From positions 2,046,001-2,110,000 of the forward strand of contig CM075991.1 in the NCBI GenBank assembly GCA_038087875.1: 64,000 bases of DNA. Reading direction: 5' to 3'. Numbering within the stretch: the first letter of the stretch is position 1; each line of letters opens with the position of its first letter. The position numbers were made by a program, and so were the translations under genes. This DNA is from Malacoraja senta (Eukaryota). This document shows positions 1-12,207 of the stretch, piece after piece. The notes beneath the pieces are model-generated. The model ran no database searches. It saw nothing but the letters and a program-made list of their open reading frames with translations, and had not been told where the DNA came from.

Positions 1-300
1 CCCCTCATTCACCCTACTCGCACTCTCTCTCACTCTCTATACCCCCTGCTCCCCTCCCTTTCCCTCTCTCTTCACTCTGTCTCTCCCCCTCCCCTTCTGT
101 CTTCTCTAACTCTCACCCTCTCTCTTCCCTCTCTCTTCCCCTCTGTCTCCCCCTCTCCCCTTCTCTCATCTCTATCCCTCTATCTCTCTCCCCCTCTCCC
201 TCCTCCACTCTCTCTCCTCTCTCTCTTCCCTCTCTCTACCCCCTCTCACTCTTGTCTCTCTCCAACCTCTCTCTCTCTCTCCGTGCCCCCATGGCCCTCT
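1..300 (+). repeat. CT-rich low-complexity tract upstream of IIIa (paralogous tracts ~8095-8450 and ~15740-16115; others ~20935-21250 and GA-rich ~37540-37875)
   Basis: Almost pure C/T runs visible in the sequence. Confidence 0.9.
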
Positions 301-305
301 CCCAG

Positions 306-496
306 AGCGATCCCCTCACCGGCCCATTCTCCAGGCGGGCCTGCCTTCCAACAAGACGGTGATGGTGGGCAGTGATGTGGAGTTTATGTGCAAGGTCTAC
401 AGCGACTCCCAGCACCACATCCAGTGGCTCAAGCACGTCATGGTCAACGGCAGCAGCTTCGGGCCCGATGGCTCTCCCTACATCCAAGTGCTGAAG
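306..496 (+). CDS. FGFR1: FGFR1-like Ig domain III exon IIIa, copy 1 (internal exon, 191 bp)
   Basis: cccAG acceptor after a long CT tract and GTACGT donor. Translates (E)[63 protein letters not shown], matching the FGFR D2-D3 linker and first half of D3; phase 1 to phase 0. Confidence 0.93.
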
Positions 497-529
497 GTAC
501 GTCCTTGGCCGCCAGCTTTGGCCAGTCTA

Positions 530-1030
530 GGCTTGGATGAGGTGGGGACGGTCGACTCAGATGACTGCCCGTGGGTGGGCATAGACACGATGGGCCGAAT
601 GGCCCGTTTCCACGCTGTACCACTATTTGACATGGTGGGACCACGGGTGGGGCAATCATTGCAGATGGGTTTCCTATGGGTGGGCATAGACTTAATGGGA
701 TGAATGGCCTGTTTCCACACTGTACGCCTCTATTGGACAACCCGCCCAGGTGCGTTTGATCATTGGACGAGGTGTGGGCGGTCAATGCACATGGGTTCCC
801 ACGGGTGGTCATGGACATAATGGGCCGAATGGCCTGTTAGCAGGCTATATGACTAGATCAGACTGGCTGCGCATATGTGTGCTTCATCTGATTTGGCATG
901 AATGAGGGGGAGGGTGGAGACAGTAAGTGAAGATGGCTGCCCGTGGGTCGGCATGACCAAGTGGGCTGAATGGCCTGTTTCCAGGCTGTAGAGCGTTTCC
1001 CCAGACAACGTGGATGAGGTGTGGGTGCAA
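530..1030 (+). repeat. Degenerate ~85-120 bp minisatellite in the intron after IIIa (also ~8735-9320 and ~16345-16950)
   Basis: Recurring GGATGAGGTG...GGGTGGGCATAGAC...ATGGGCCGAATGGCCTGTTTCC blocks resembling the CR1/SINE 3' tail; block number differs between units. Confidence 0.7.
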
Positions 1031-2769
1031 GAGGGAACAGGCTGCTTGGGACTGTCCCCAGAGAGTGCTCATGGCTGCCCCTGGAGGTTGGAGGGCCACA
1101 AGACATCATTAGAGTGTCGTCTGCTCAGAGCTGCTCATCCTGATATTAACCCTCGCTCGCAGGGGAGAGTTAAAGAGCCCTTCCCTCCTGTCCACAGTCA
1201 CGTTCGCCTAGTGTTAGGCGACCAGGGTGGCACGGTGGCGCAGCGGGTAGAGCCGCTGCCTCACAGAGCCAGAGAGTTAGCTTCGATCCTGGCCTCGGGT
1301 GCTGTCGGTGTGGAGTTTCCACGTTCTCCCTGTGACCACTAGGTTTGCTCCGGGTGCTCCGATTTCCTCCCACATCCCAAAGACGTGCGGGCTTGTAGGT
1401 TAATTGCCCCTAGTGTGTAGGGAGTGGATGAGAAAGTGGGATTACGTGGAACTGGTGATCGATGGTCGGCGTGGACTCGGCGGGCAGAAGGGCCTGGGTT
1501 CCATGCTGTATCTCTGAACTAAACTGGTGTAGACCTTTGTTTAATTTCCCTTCAAGGTGTCAGTGGCTTCAAGGGACCATCTACGCCCATGGCAACTGAG
1601 GGCGAGGGATAGATATCAAAGAGCGTGGACACTGTGTGGGGTTTGCTCTGTGCACCGATCAGCTGTGATCCTCTTCTGCCCTCGACCTTCCCCGGAGATA
1701 GCCCAGGGGTACCCGATCTCTCGTCCTCCCTCCCCCGTCCTGGAAATACCAACGGGTTCCTTGGAGATGAAAGGCGAGGTCCTCTGAGGGCAGATTATCC
1801 CAGGGATCAGAAGTGTGATGGGACAGTGCTGGAGTTCACAGCTATAAACCCATCACTGATCAGACATCCCAAAGCAAAACGCCGCAGATGCTGAAAAATC
1901 TAAACATAAAGCCCACGAACACCGGGGGCCACTGTAGAGTTGCTGCCTCACAGCGCCAGAGACCCGGGTTCGATCCTGACTACGGCTGCTGTCTGTACGG
2001 AGTTTGTACGTTCTCCCCGTGCCCCGCGTGGGTTTCCTCCGGGTGCTTCGGTTTCCTCCCACATTCCACAACGACATGCGGGTTTGTTGGTTAATCGGCC
2101 CCCTGTAAATTGTAAATGTGTAGGGAGTGGATGAGAAAGTGGAATAACATAGAACTCGTGTGATTGGTCAGCATGGACTCAGTGGGCCGAAGGGCCTGTT
2201 CCGCGCAGTATCTCTAAACTTTTTAGGGCTGAAGGGATCTAGGGATATGGGGAAAAGGCAGGAAGGGTGCACTGACTTTAGATGATCAGCCATGATCATA
2301 TTGAATGGCGGTGCTGGCTCGAAGGGCCGAATGGCCTACTCCTGCACCTTTTTGTTTTCTAACTAAGCCGGGAGCTAACCTTCGAGGATTTCACCCGCCC
2401 AATTTCTCGGCGAGCCCCACAAGTGCCATTCGAGGCATCTCTTCTTCCTTTCAGCCTCCCCGACCTCCCCTGCCTCCCCCCCCCCCCCCCCGTCCAGTCC
2501 CGTGGATTGTGTCTCTATTTTCTCCATGCGACCCATCGCACGTATGCGGAGATGGTGACGGGTTTTAACATGTTACATGAGGACCTGTTTTGCTTCCTAG
2601 GGAAAGGTGTGGACTACTGCAGTCCTGGAACGTTACCTTTAAGCTTTAAGCCCATGGACCTCGCTCAGAGGTGTGGCGAGTGTGACCAATAACGGTGTCC
2701 ACCTATGTCTGTCTCTCCACAGTTCTCATCCCATCGGCTTGTCATGTTTCCTTCCGTTTTCTCTTCTAG

Positions 2770-2914
2770 ACGGCTGGTGTTAACACAACGGATAAAGAAA
2801 TGGAGGCTCTCTATTTACGGAATGTTACTTTTGAGGATGCGGGGCAGTATACATGCTTGGCGGGTAATTCTATTGGGATATCCCATCACTCTGCATGGTT
2901 GACAGTTCTTCAAG
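2770..2914 (+). CDS. FGFR1: FGFR1-like exon IIIc, copy 1 (145 bp)
   Basis: ttctAG...GTACAT. Translates [48 protein letters not shown]; the [12 protein letters not shown] and [10 protein letters not shown] motifs are FGFR1-type IIIc. Confidence 0.93.
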
Positions 2915-4882
2915 GTACATACTGCTCTCTTTTCTCTTATGATACACACTTTCCAACAAAGGCCTGTGCCAGCTACTGCTTCTAAGTGTGTGGTGGGGGG
3001 GGGGGGGGGGGAGATGGCCAGAAGCCAAAGGGCCTGCCCCCTACAATTGGTCCCGCGTTTGCCCCTGTTCACTCTGAAGGCCTGCAGTCTCCCTGTGCAT
3101 TTGCAATCGGTTTACACCCAGACTTTGACAGGACTGGTGGCGTTTCCGCGTCGCGAGTTGCGTCTGGCGACAGTCCACAGCCAGAGGTTACGGGGCGAAG
3201 GCAGGAGAAAAAAGATTAGGAGGGAGAGAGTTTTCAAGACAGAGTTAAACAGCTCTTAGGACCAATTGAATCAAGGGGTACGGGGAGAAAGCAGGAACGG
3301 GGTACTGATGTGTAGAAAAGAACTGCAGATGCTGGTTTAACTCGAAGGTAGATACAAAATGCAGGAGTGATTTAGGATGATCAGCCATGATCATATTGAA
3401 AGGCAAAGGGCCGAATGGCCTACTCCTGCACCTATTTTCTATGTAGATCGGCCATGATAGAATGGCGGAGTAGACTTGATGGGCTGAATGGCCTAATTCT
3501 ACTCCATAATAAGTTATGACCTTATAACTGCACTCAAGTGAAAGCAGCCAGGGTTAGGTTAAGGTTTGTTATTGTCACCTGTGCCAAGGTACAGTGGAAA
3601 GCTTTGTTCTGCATGCTATCCGGATACATCAGATAATACTGCACAGAAATATAATCGTCAAACTCAATTACAACAAGTAGAGCAAAGGGGAAGATACAGA
3701 GTGCAGAATATAGTTCTCAGCATTGTAGCGCACTGGTTCCAGAGACAAAGTCCAATGTCGCAATGGGGTAGAGGTGAATTGGACAGTACCCGAGCTTATG
3801 GAAGGACCGACCGTTCAGAAGCCCGATAACAGAGGGGATGAAGCTGTTCCTGAGTCTGGTGATGCGGGCTTTCAAGCTTCTGCATCTTCTGCCGGACGGG
3901 AGCTGGAAGAGAAGGAATGATGAGTCATTGATTATGTTGGCTGCTTTCCCGAGACAGCGTGAAGTGTAGATGGTGGTGTCAGTGATGGGGGCGTCTGGTC
4001 TGTGTGACGGATTGGGCTACATGTACAACACTCTCCAATGTCTAGCAGTAAACAGTTGGTGAGTCGGAGAGAGTCCCGACTTAGCCCCCATTTTGGAAGA
4101 TGTAGCTGCCAGCCCCCACCTCGTGGTAAACCAATGGGCCTTGCACAGGGGGGGGGAGGGGCGGACCGGTCTGACCGCTTTCGGTGCCTTCAGTGCCCGT
4201 GAATCTGAGCGGCTCCTCGCTTCAAGAAGCAGCGTGCCAACCCCAGGGCCGACTAACTCGGAAATGGCCGGCGCAGGTCTGCCAGGCTGCACGGTGTCAG
4301 GCCAATTCCCGATGCCTACTGCCTGCTCGACCCTGCTCCAGAGCCGTGCCGGGTTAGCCAGCGTTGGAGTGTGTGCCGATTTTTGTTGGAAAGGGAAAGA
4401 AAAAAAACAGCATTTTCTTGGGGTTGTTGTGGTTGTGTATTTTTGCATGAACTCTGTGCCAACTTACTACTTCCTGCACCGCATACCCAACCCCTCGGGC
4501 ATGCCCGCTTGATGCCACTTCACTCCTCTGTTGAAGTGACCATCAACGGCACGTTGGCAAGAAGCTGATAATTGGCAGCAGGGGGGGAAGTTGCCATGTT
4601 GGGTCAACCGTGGTGAAGCATGGGTCAACCATGGTCAACCATGGCCCCGGCATAGGTCAACCTTCCTCAATTATCAGTGGCATCTCCACGCACTTGCCAA
4701 ACGTGGACCTCTTTGAGATGAGGAGGGGGGGGGCGAGTTGGTGAGCCTTTAACAAACTGCGTTCACTTTAGTTCATGTGTGGGAGGGAGGGGGGAGGCAG
4801 CTTGCACTTTTGCACAATGTTTTTAAATCTTTGCATATTCAGCGTGCTTCATTTGTTGTGTGGGACATTTAAAATATATATA

Positions 4883-6498
4883 CAGTGGCTTGCAAAAGTA
4901 TTCATACCCCTTGAACTTTTCCACATTTTGTCACGTTACAACCACAAACGTAAATGTATTTTATTGGGATTTTATGTGATAGACCAACACAAAGTGGCGC
5001 ATTATTGTGAAGTGGAAGGAAAATGATACATGGTTTTCACATTTTTTTACAAATAAAAAACTGAAAAGTGTCGCGTGCAAAAGTATTCAGCCCCCTTTAC
5101 TCTGATACCCCTAAATAAAATCCAGTGCAACCAATTGCCTTCAGAAGTCACCTAATTAGTAAATAGAGTCCACTTGTGTGTAATCTAATCTCAGTATAAA
5201 TACAGCTGTTCTGTGAAGGCCTCAGAGGTTTGTTAGGGAACATTAGTGAACAAACAGCATCACGAAGCCCAAGGAACACACCAGACAGGTCAGGGATAAA
5301 GTTGTGGAGAAGTTTAAAGCAGGGTTAGGTTATAAACAAATATCCCAAGCTTTGAACATCTCACGGAGCACTGTTCAATCCATCATCCGAAAATGGAAAG
5401 AGTATGGCACAACTGCAAACCTACCAAGACATGGCCGTCCACCTAAACTGACAGGCCGGGCAAGGAGAGCATTGATCAGAGAAGCAGCCAAGAGCCCCAT
5501 GGTAACTCTGGAGGAGCTGCAGAGATCCACAGCTCAGGTGGGAGAATCTGTCCACAGGACAACTATTAGTCGTGCACTCCACAAATCTGGCCTTTATGGA
5601 AGAGTGGCAAGAAGAAAGCCATTGTTGAAAAAAAGCCATAAGAAATCCCGTTTGCAGTTTGCCACAAGCCATGTGGGGGACACATCAAACATGTGGAGGA
5701 AGGTGCTCTGGTCAGATGAGACCAAAATTGAAGTTTTTGGCCTAAATACAAAACGCTATGTGTGGCGGAAACCTAACACTGCACATCACCCTGAACACAC
5801 CATCCCCACTGTGAAACATGGTGGTGGCAGCATCATGCTGTGGGGATGCTTTTCTTCAGCAGGGACAGGGAAGCTGGTCAGAGTTGATGGGAAGATGGAT
5901 GGAGCCAAATACAGGGCAATCTTGGAAGAAAACCTGTTAGAGTCTGCAAAAGACTTGAGACTGGTGCGGAGGTTCACCTTCCAGCAGGACAACGACCCTA
6001 AACATACAGCCAGAGCTACAATGGAATGGTTTAGATCAAAGCATATTCATGTGTTAGAATGGCCCAGTCAAAGTCTAGACCTAAATCTAATTGAGAATCT
6101 CTGGCAAGACTTGAAAATTGCTGTTCACAGACGCTCTCCATCCAATCTGACTGAGCTTGAGCTATTTTGCAAAGAAGAATGGGCAAACATTTCAGTCTCT
6201 AGATGTGCAAAGCTGGTAGAGACATACCCAAAAGACTTGCAGCTGTAATTGCAGTGAAAGGTAGTTCTACAAAGTATTGACTCAGGGGGGCTGAATACTT
6301 TTGCACGCAACACTTTTCAGTTTTTTATTTGTAAAAAAATTTGAAAACCATGTATCATTTTCCTTCCACTTCACAATTATGCACCACTTTGTGTTGGTCT
6401 ATCACATAAAATCCCAATAAAATACATTTACGTTTGTGGTTGTAACGTGACAAAATGTGGAAAAGTTCAAGGGGTATGAATACTTTTGCAAGCCACTG
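4883..6498 (+). mobile_element. Tc1-family DNA transposon (IR/DR type), full length, 1616 bp
   Basis: ~210-bp TIRs starting CAGTGGCTTGCAAAAGTATTCA with about 4 mismatches and inner AAAAGTATTCA direct repeats; TA target. Empty (TA)n sites are present in units 2 and 3. Confidence 0.97.
5262..6280 (+). pseudogene. Tc1 DDE transposase, slightly decayed
   Basis: HTH N-terminus, WSDE, FQQDND and SLDLNLIEN (normally SPDLNPIEN). The presumed start codon reads ACG at 5262, and a 1-bp frameshift near 6230 removes the RLAAVIAVKGSSTKY tail. Confidence 0.9.
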
Positions 6499-6999
6499 TA
6501 TATGTAGAACAGGCATCTCTCACTGCAAAGGTCGATTTACGGGGTTGGATTCCTGTCTCAGGTACAGTCTCCTGTTTGTTCTCACAGCTGAATTAATTAT
6601 TATTCTTTTAAATTTAAATAACCCTGTTCATGTGTCCGCAAAGTAAACCCTGAGGTAAACACGGACACTGGGTATTAAGCTCGTTAAGTTGTCGGGGCAG
6701 TAGAATTGACACAGCTTCCCAGGTGCAAAAACTTTGCTTCAGTTTTTGACTCCCTTAGGTAACAGTCTGTTCTCCCATATCGTGTGCTGCCAAGAGTCGA
6801 GAGTGTTTTATTGTCATGTGTCCCAGATAGAGCAAAGAAATTCTTACTTGCAGCAGCACAACACAATATCTAAACACACTGCACTAGTAAACATTATAAT
6901 AAACGAGAAATAAAAGTCCAGTGTGTGTATATATACGCAGGCACGCACACGTACACATAGAAAACATACAATATTAACCATCAACTGACTGTCATATGT

Positions 7000-7608
7000 T
7001 GATAGAATGGAGCAGTTGGCCTTGTACACTCTGGAGTTTAGAAGGATGAGAGGAAACCTTATTGAAACATATAAGATTATTAATGGTTTGGACACACTAG
7101 AGGCAGGAAACATGTTCCCAATATTGGGGGAGTCCAGAACCAGAGGCCACAGTTTAAGATTAAGGGGTGAGCCATTTAGAACGGAGACAATGAAACACTT
7201 TTTCTCACAGAAAGTTGATAGTCTGTGGAATTGTCTGCTTCAGAGGGTGGTGGAGGCAGGTTCTCTGGATACTTTCAAGAGAGAGATAGATATGGCTCTC
7301 AAAGATAGCTGAGTCAGGGGATATGGGGAGAAGGATGGAACGGGGTACTGATTGGGGATGATCAGCCATGATCACACTGAATGGCGGTGCTGGCTCCTGC
7401 ACCTATTATCTATTGTCTATTGTCTAATAGAAAGGATGTTGTCAAGCTGGAAGGGGTGCAGAGAAGATTTACGAGGATGTTGCCAGGACTCGAGGGCCTG
7501 AGCTACAGGGAGAGGTTGAGTAGGCTAGGGCTTAATTCCTTGGAGTGCAGGAGGATGCGGGGTGATCTTATAGAGATGTATAAAATCATGAGGGGAATAG
7601 ATAGGGTA
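7000..7608 (+). mobile_element. CR1 (HER1-like) LINE 3' fragments; paralogues ~14650-15247 and ~25460-26210; others ~20105-20380, ~34075-34860, ~37893-38310, ~38950-39425
   Basis: CR1 C-terminal motifs LYTLEFRRMRGNLIETYKI, ESRTRGHSL and LEGVQRRFTRMLPGL. Confidence 0.88.
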
Positions 7609-8454
7609 CTGATTGTGGATGATCAGCCATGATCACATTGAATGGCGGTGCTGGCTCGGAGGGTCAAATGGACTACTCCTGCACCTATTGTCTATTGTCA
7701 CATACGTACACACACAAAATAATAGTCCAATGATAACAATAATAGTCTGTTGTGGTTCTGAACTTATGTGGAGGTTGGAGGGTTTAACAGCCAAATGGCT
7801 GTTGGGAAGAAGCTGTTCCTGCACCTGGACCTTACACGGGTTCTTATATTGTGACTCGAAGGTGCCAGAAACATGGCGACTCGTGTACGGACAGTGTGGT
7901 CTACTGCCTTACACTACAGTACTCCAGTATGGTTGTGCCTAATGTATAGAAGGATTGTCACTGAAGTGTAAGCAAACAAGCATTTTCACTGTACTTACTT
8001 ACAAGTACCAATAACGTACCATTGAACCATGATACTATCTGATCAGATTGGATAGCACGCAAAACAAAGGTTACATGACAATTGTAAACCCAAATCTCTC
8101 TCTCTCTCTCTCCCCTTCTCTGTCTCGCTCGCTCGCTCTCTGTCTGTCTCTCTCCCCCTGATTCACTCTACCCGCACTCTCTCTCGCTCTCTATACCCCC
8201 TCCTCCGCTCCCTTTCCCTCTGTCTCTCCCCCCTCCCCTTCTCTCTTCTCTATCCCTCTCCCCTCCTTTTTTCCTCTCTCTGCCCTCCGTCTCTCCCCCT
8301 CTCCCGTTCTCTCTTCTCTATCCCACTATCTCTCTCCCCGCTCTCTCCCTCCTCCACTCGCTCTCCTCTCTCTTCCCTCTCTCTACCCTCTCTCCTTCTT
8401 GTCTCTCTCCAACCTCTCTCTCTCTCTCTCCGTGTCCCCGTGGCCCTCTCTCAG

Positions 8455-8645
8455 AGCGATCCCCTCACCGGCCCATTCTCCAGGCGGGCCTGCCTGCCAA
8501 CAAGACGGTGACGGTGGGCAGCGATGTGGAGTTTGTGTGCAAGGTCTACAGCGACCGCCAGCCCCACATTCAATGGCTCAAGCACGTTATGGTCAACGGC
8601 AGCAGGATGCGGCCCGATGGCTCGCCCTACGTCCAAGTGCTGAAG
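8455..8645 (+). CDS. FGFR1: FGFR1-like exon IIIa, copy 2
   Basis: AG/GT-bounded, 191 bp: (E)[63 protein letters not shown]. Confidence 0.93.
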
Positions 8646-8678
8646 GTACGTCCTTGGCCGCCAGCTTTCGCCAGTCTA

Positions 8679-8726
8679 ATAATAATAATAATAGATTTTA
8701 TTTATATAGCGCGTTTCCGGACTCAG
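8679..8726 (-). mobile_element. 48-bp extreme 3' end of a LINE/SINE with (TAT)n tail, unit-2 specific
   Basis: Flanked by a GTCTA duplication (8674-8678 and 8727-8731); absent from units 1 and 3. Confidence 0.65.
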
Positions 8727-11700
8727 GTCTAGGCTTGGATGAGGTGGGGGCGGTCAGCTCAGATGACCGCCCCCACCTGGATGAGGCCCGTTTCCACTCT
8801 TTCCACTATCTGCCATGGTGTAATCCACGGGTGAACAATCGTTGCAGATAGGTTTCCTTTGGTTGGGCATGGACACGATGGGCCGAATGGCCCACTTATC
8901 CACTCTGTACCACTATCTGACATGGTGGGACCACGGGTGGGGCAATCATTGCAGATGGGTTTCCTATGGGTGGGCATAGACATAATGGGCCGAATGGCCT
9001 GTTTCCACACTGTACGCCTCTATTGCACAACCCCGCCAGGTGTGTTTGATCATTGGACGAGGTGGGGGTCGGTCAATGCACATGGGTTCCCACGGGTGGG
9101 CATGGACATAATGGGCCGAATGGCCTGTTATCAGGCTATATGACCAAGATTAGACTGGCAGCCCATGTGTGTGCTTCATCTGATTTGGCATGGATGAGGG
9201 GGAGGGGAGAGACAGTAAGTGAAGATGGCTGCCCGTGGGTCGGCATGACCAAGTGGGCTGAATGACCTGTTTCCAGGCTGTAGAGCGTTTCCCCAGACAA
9301 CGTGGATGAGGTGTGGGTGCAAGAGGGAACAGGTTGCTTGGGACTGTCCCCAGAGAGTGCTCATGGCTGCCCCTGGAGGTTGGAGGGCCACAAGACATCA
9401 TTAGAGTGTCGTCTGCTCAGAGCTGCTCATCCTGATATTAACCCTCGCTTGCAGGGGAGAGTTAAAGAGCCCTTCCCTCCTGTCCACAGTCACGTTTGCC
9501 TAGTGTTAGGCGACCAGGGTGGCACAGTGGCGCAGCGGGTAGAGCCGCTGCCTCACAGAGCCAGAGAGTTAGCTTCGATCCTGGCCTCGGTTGCTGTTGG
9601 TGTGGAGTTTGCACGTTCTCCCTGTGACCACTAGGTTTGCTCCAGGTGCTCCGATTTCCTCCCACATCCCAAAGCCGTGCGGGCTTGTAGGTTAATTGCC
9701 CCTAGTGTGTTGGGAGTGGATGAGAAAAATGGGATTACGTGGAACTGGTGATCGATGGTTGGCGTGGACTCGGCGGGCAGAAGGGCCTGGGTTCCATGCT
9801 GTATCTCTGAACTATACTGGTGTAGACTGTGGTTTAATTCCCCTTCAAGGTGTCTGAGGCTTCAAGGGACCATCTTTGCCCATTGCAACTGAGGGCGATG
9901 GATAGATATCAAAGAGCGGTGGACACTGGGTGGGGTTTGCTCTGTGCACCGATCAGCTGTGACCCTCTTCTGCCCTCGACCTTCCCCGGAGACAGCCCAG
10001 GGGTACCCGATCTCTCGTCCTCCCTCCCCCGTCCTGGAAACACCAACGGGTTCCATGGAGATGAAAGGCGAGGGCCTCTGAGGGCAGATTATCCCAGGGA
10101 TCAGAAGTGTGATGTGACAGTGCTGGAGTTCACAGCTATAAACCCATCACTGATCAGACATCCCAAAGCAAAACGCCGCAGATGCTGAAAATCTAAACAT
10201 AAAGCCCATGAACACCGGGGGCCAATGTAGAGTTGCTGCCTCACAGCGCCAGAGACTCAGGTTCGATCCTGACTACGGGTGCTGTCTGTACGGAGTTTGT
10301 ACGTTCTCCCCGTGACCCGCGTGGGGTTCCTCCGGGTTCTCCGGTTTCCTCCCACACTCCACAACGACATGCGGGTTTGTTGGTTAATCGGCCCCCTGTA
10401 AATTGCCCCTAATGTGTAGGGAGTGGATGAGAAAGTGGAATAACATAGAACTCGTGTGAATGGTCGGCATGGACTCAGTGGGCCGAAGGGCCTGTTTCCG
10501 TGCTGTATCTCTAAACTAGAAAAATTGCTACAATTCTTTAAGTCGAGATTGCCTCTGCTTTGACGGCAGATGGGGTGATGTTGGGGGTGTCAGTGTGACT
10601 GCTGGCCCTTCAGTTCCCCTGTGATGATCTTGCCCCCTTAGTGGGGCGGGGAGATTGTGGAGGGGGGCGGGGGTAGCCGCCACTTGGGCAGGGCAGTGGT
10701 CTCAGGGGTCACGGCGGGCAAAGACCCAAGCTGGTGCCAACTCCGAACGCCGGGTGGCGGGCCCCGCCACGCCACGGTGTGACCAACCCCCCCCCCCCCG
10801 AACCGTGGACCACGTACAACGCAGAACAAGGTCGTTCAACCCCTCTGTGCTGGCCAACACAGAGCTGCCCGCTCCCCTTTCCACTGGTTCTGTGGCCCTG
10901 CAGGATGGGAACGGATTGGAAGGATATGGGCCAAAGCGGGCAAATGGGGCTAGCATAGATGGGGCATCTTGGACGTATTGGGCCGAAGGGCCTGCCTCGG
11001 TGCTGTACGACTTTAAGAGGCCATGACACTGAAAATATCTCCACATCTCCCACCAAGTCACTTGAATGTTCCTCAGGCCCCAGCGACGTGGGAAGTCCTG
11101 TCCCTCTGATCTCCAGTTGATCTGACGAGCTGGGACAATCAGCTTCTCCCTCACAACCTGCGTCAGGGAATCGGTTTCCTTGTGATCGGCCTAGATCCAT
11201 GCACGTGCCAACCCTCACCTCTGCTCTTTGACTCGCTCACTCCAACTCTGATAAAGCCAAGACTGTTTTTTTTAAACTATCATAGCCGTGACAAGCTAAT
11301 CCTGAAGGAACTCTCCAGGGAAAAACAAGGCAGCTTCTCAAAAGTCCCAAAGAACCAAAGACCTACAGGTTTGTAGGTTAATTGGATTGATATAAATGTA
11401 AAATTATCCCTAGTATGTGTAGGAATAGTGTAAGTGTGCGGGGATCGCAGGTCAGTACAGACTCGGTGGGCGGAAGGGCCTGATTCCGCGCTGTATCTCT
11501 AAACTTCTTAGGGCTAAAGGGATCAAGGGATATGGGGAAAAGGCAGGAAGGGGGTACTGATTTTAGATGATCAGCCATGATCATATTGAATGGCGGTGCT
11601 GGCTCGAAGGGCCGAATGGCCTTATTCCTGCACCTTTTTATTTTCTAACTGAGCCGGGAGCTAACCCTCGAGGATTTCATCCGCCCACTTTCTCGGCGAG

Positions 11701-12062
11701 CCCCTCAAGTGCCATTCATTGCCTCTCTTCTTCCTTTCAGCCTCTCCCCGGCCCGTCCCGTGGATTGTGGCTCCATTTTCTCCATGCGTCCCATCGCTCG
11801 CATGCGGAGATGGGCTTGGTCAAAATCCAAAATGGCGGCGGGTTTTAACACGTAACATGAGGACCTGTTTTGCTTCCTAGGGACAGGTGTGGACTCCTGC
11901 AGTCCTGGAAGGTCACCTGCCAGCCAGGTATTGCTTTAAGCCCATGGACCTCCCTGGGAGGTGGGGCGAGTGTGACCAATAACAGTGGTGTCCGCCTATG
12001 TCTGTCTCTCCACAGTTCTCATCTCATCTGCTTGTCCCGTTTGCTTCCGTTTTCTCTTCTAG

Positions 12063-12207
12063 ACGGCTGGTGTTAACACAACGGATAAAGAAATGGAGGC
12101 TCTCTATTTACGGAATGTTACTTTTGATGATGCGGGGCAGTATACATGCTTGGCGGGTAATTCTACTGGGATATCCCACCACTCTGCATGGTTGACAGTT
12201 CTTCAAG
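12063..12207 (+). CDS. FGFR1: FGFR1-like exon IIIc, copy 2
   Basis: AG/GT-bounded, 145 bp: [48 protein letters not shown]. Confidence 0.93.

Larger units (their letters stand above)
1..7608 (+). repeat. Tandem duplication unit 1 (start outside window; IIIa + IIIc; contains Tc1)
   Basis: Colinear with units 2 and 3 through exons, introns, SINEs and CR1 fragments; ends at the junction GGAATAGATAGGGTA|CTGATT. Confidence 0.9.

Noticed and set aside
530..1030. CRISPR-like repeat/spacer pattern
   Set aside because: Vertebrate DNA; the repeats are degenerate SINE/CR1-tail-like minisatellite units without unique spacers or cas genes.
1225..1300. tRNA genes at A/B-box motifs
   Set aside because: All are SINE heads followed by SINE body and tail; no complete cloverleaf seen.
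2770..2914. Assignment to FGFR2, FGFR3 or FGFR4
   Set aside because: [18 protein letters not shown] and IIIb HSGINSSDAE..TLFNVTE fit FGFR1 best; FGFR4 has no IIIb.
4017..4512. Long ORFs at 4017-4512, 13257-13772 and 24019-24705 as extra exons
   Set aside because: Frames are not preserved between units (indels in G and A runs) and show no protein similarity I recognise.
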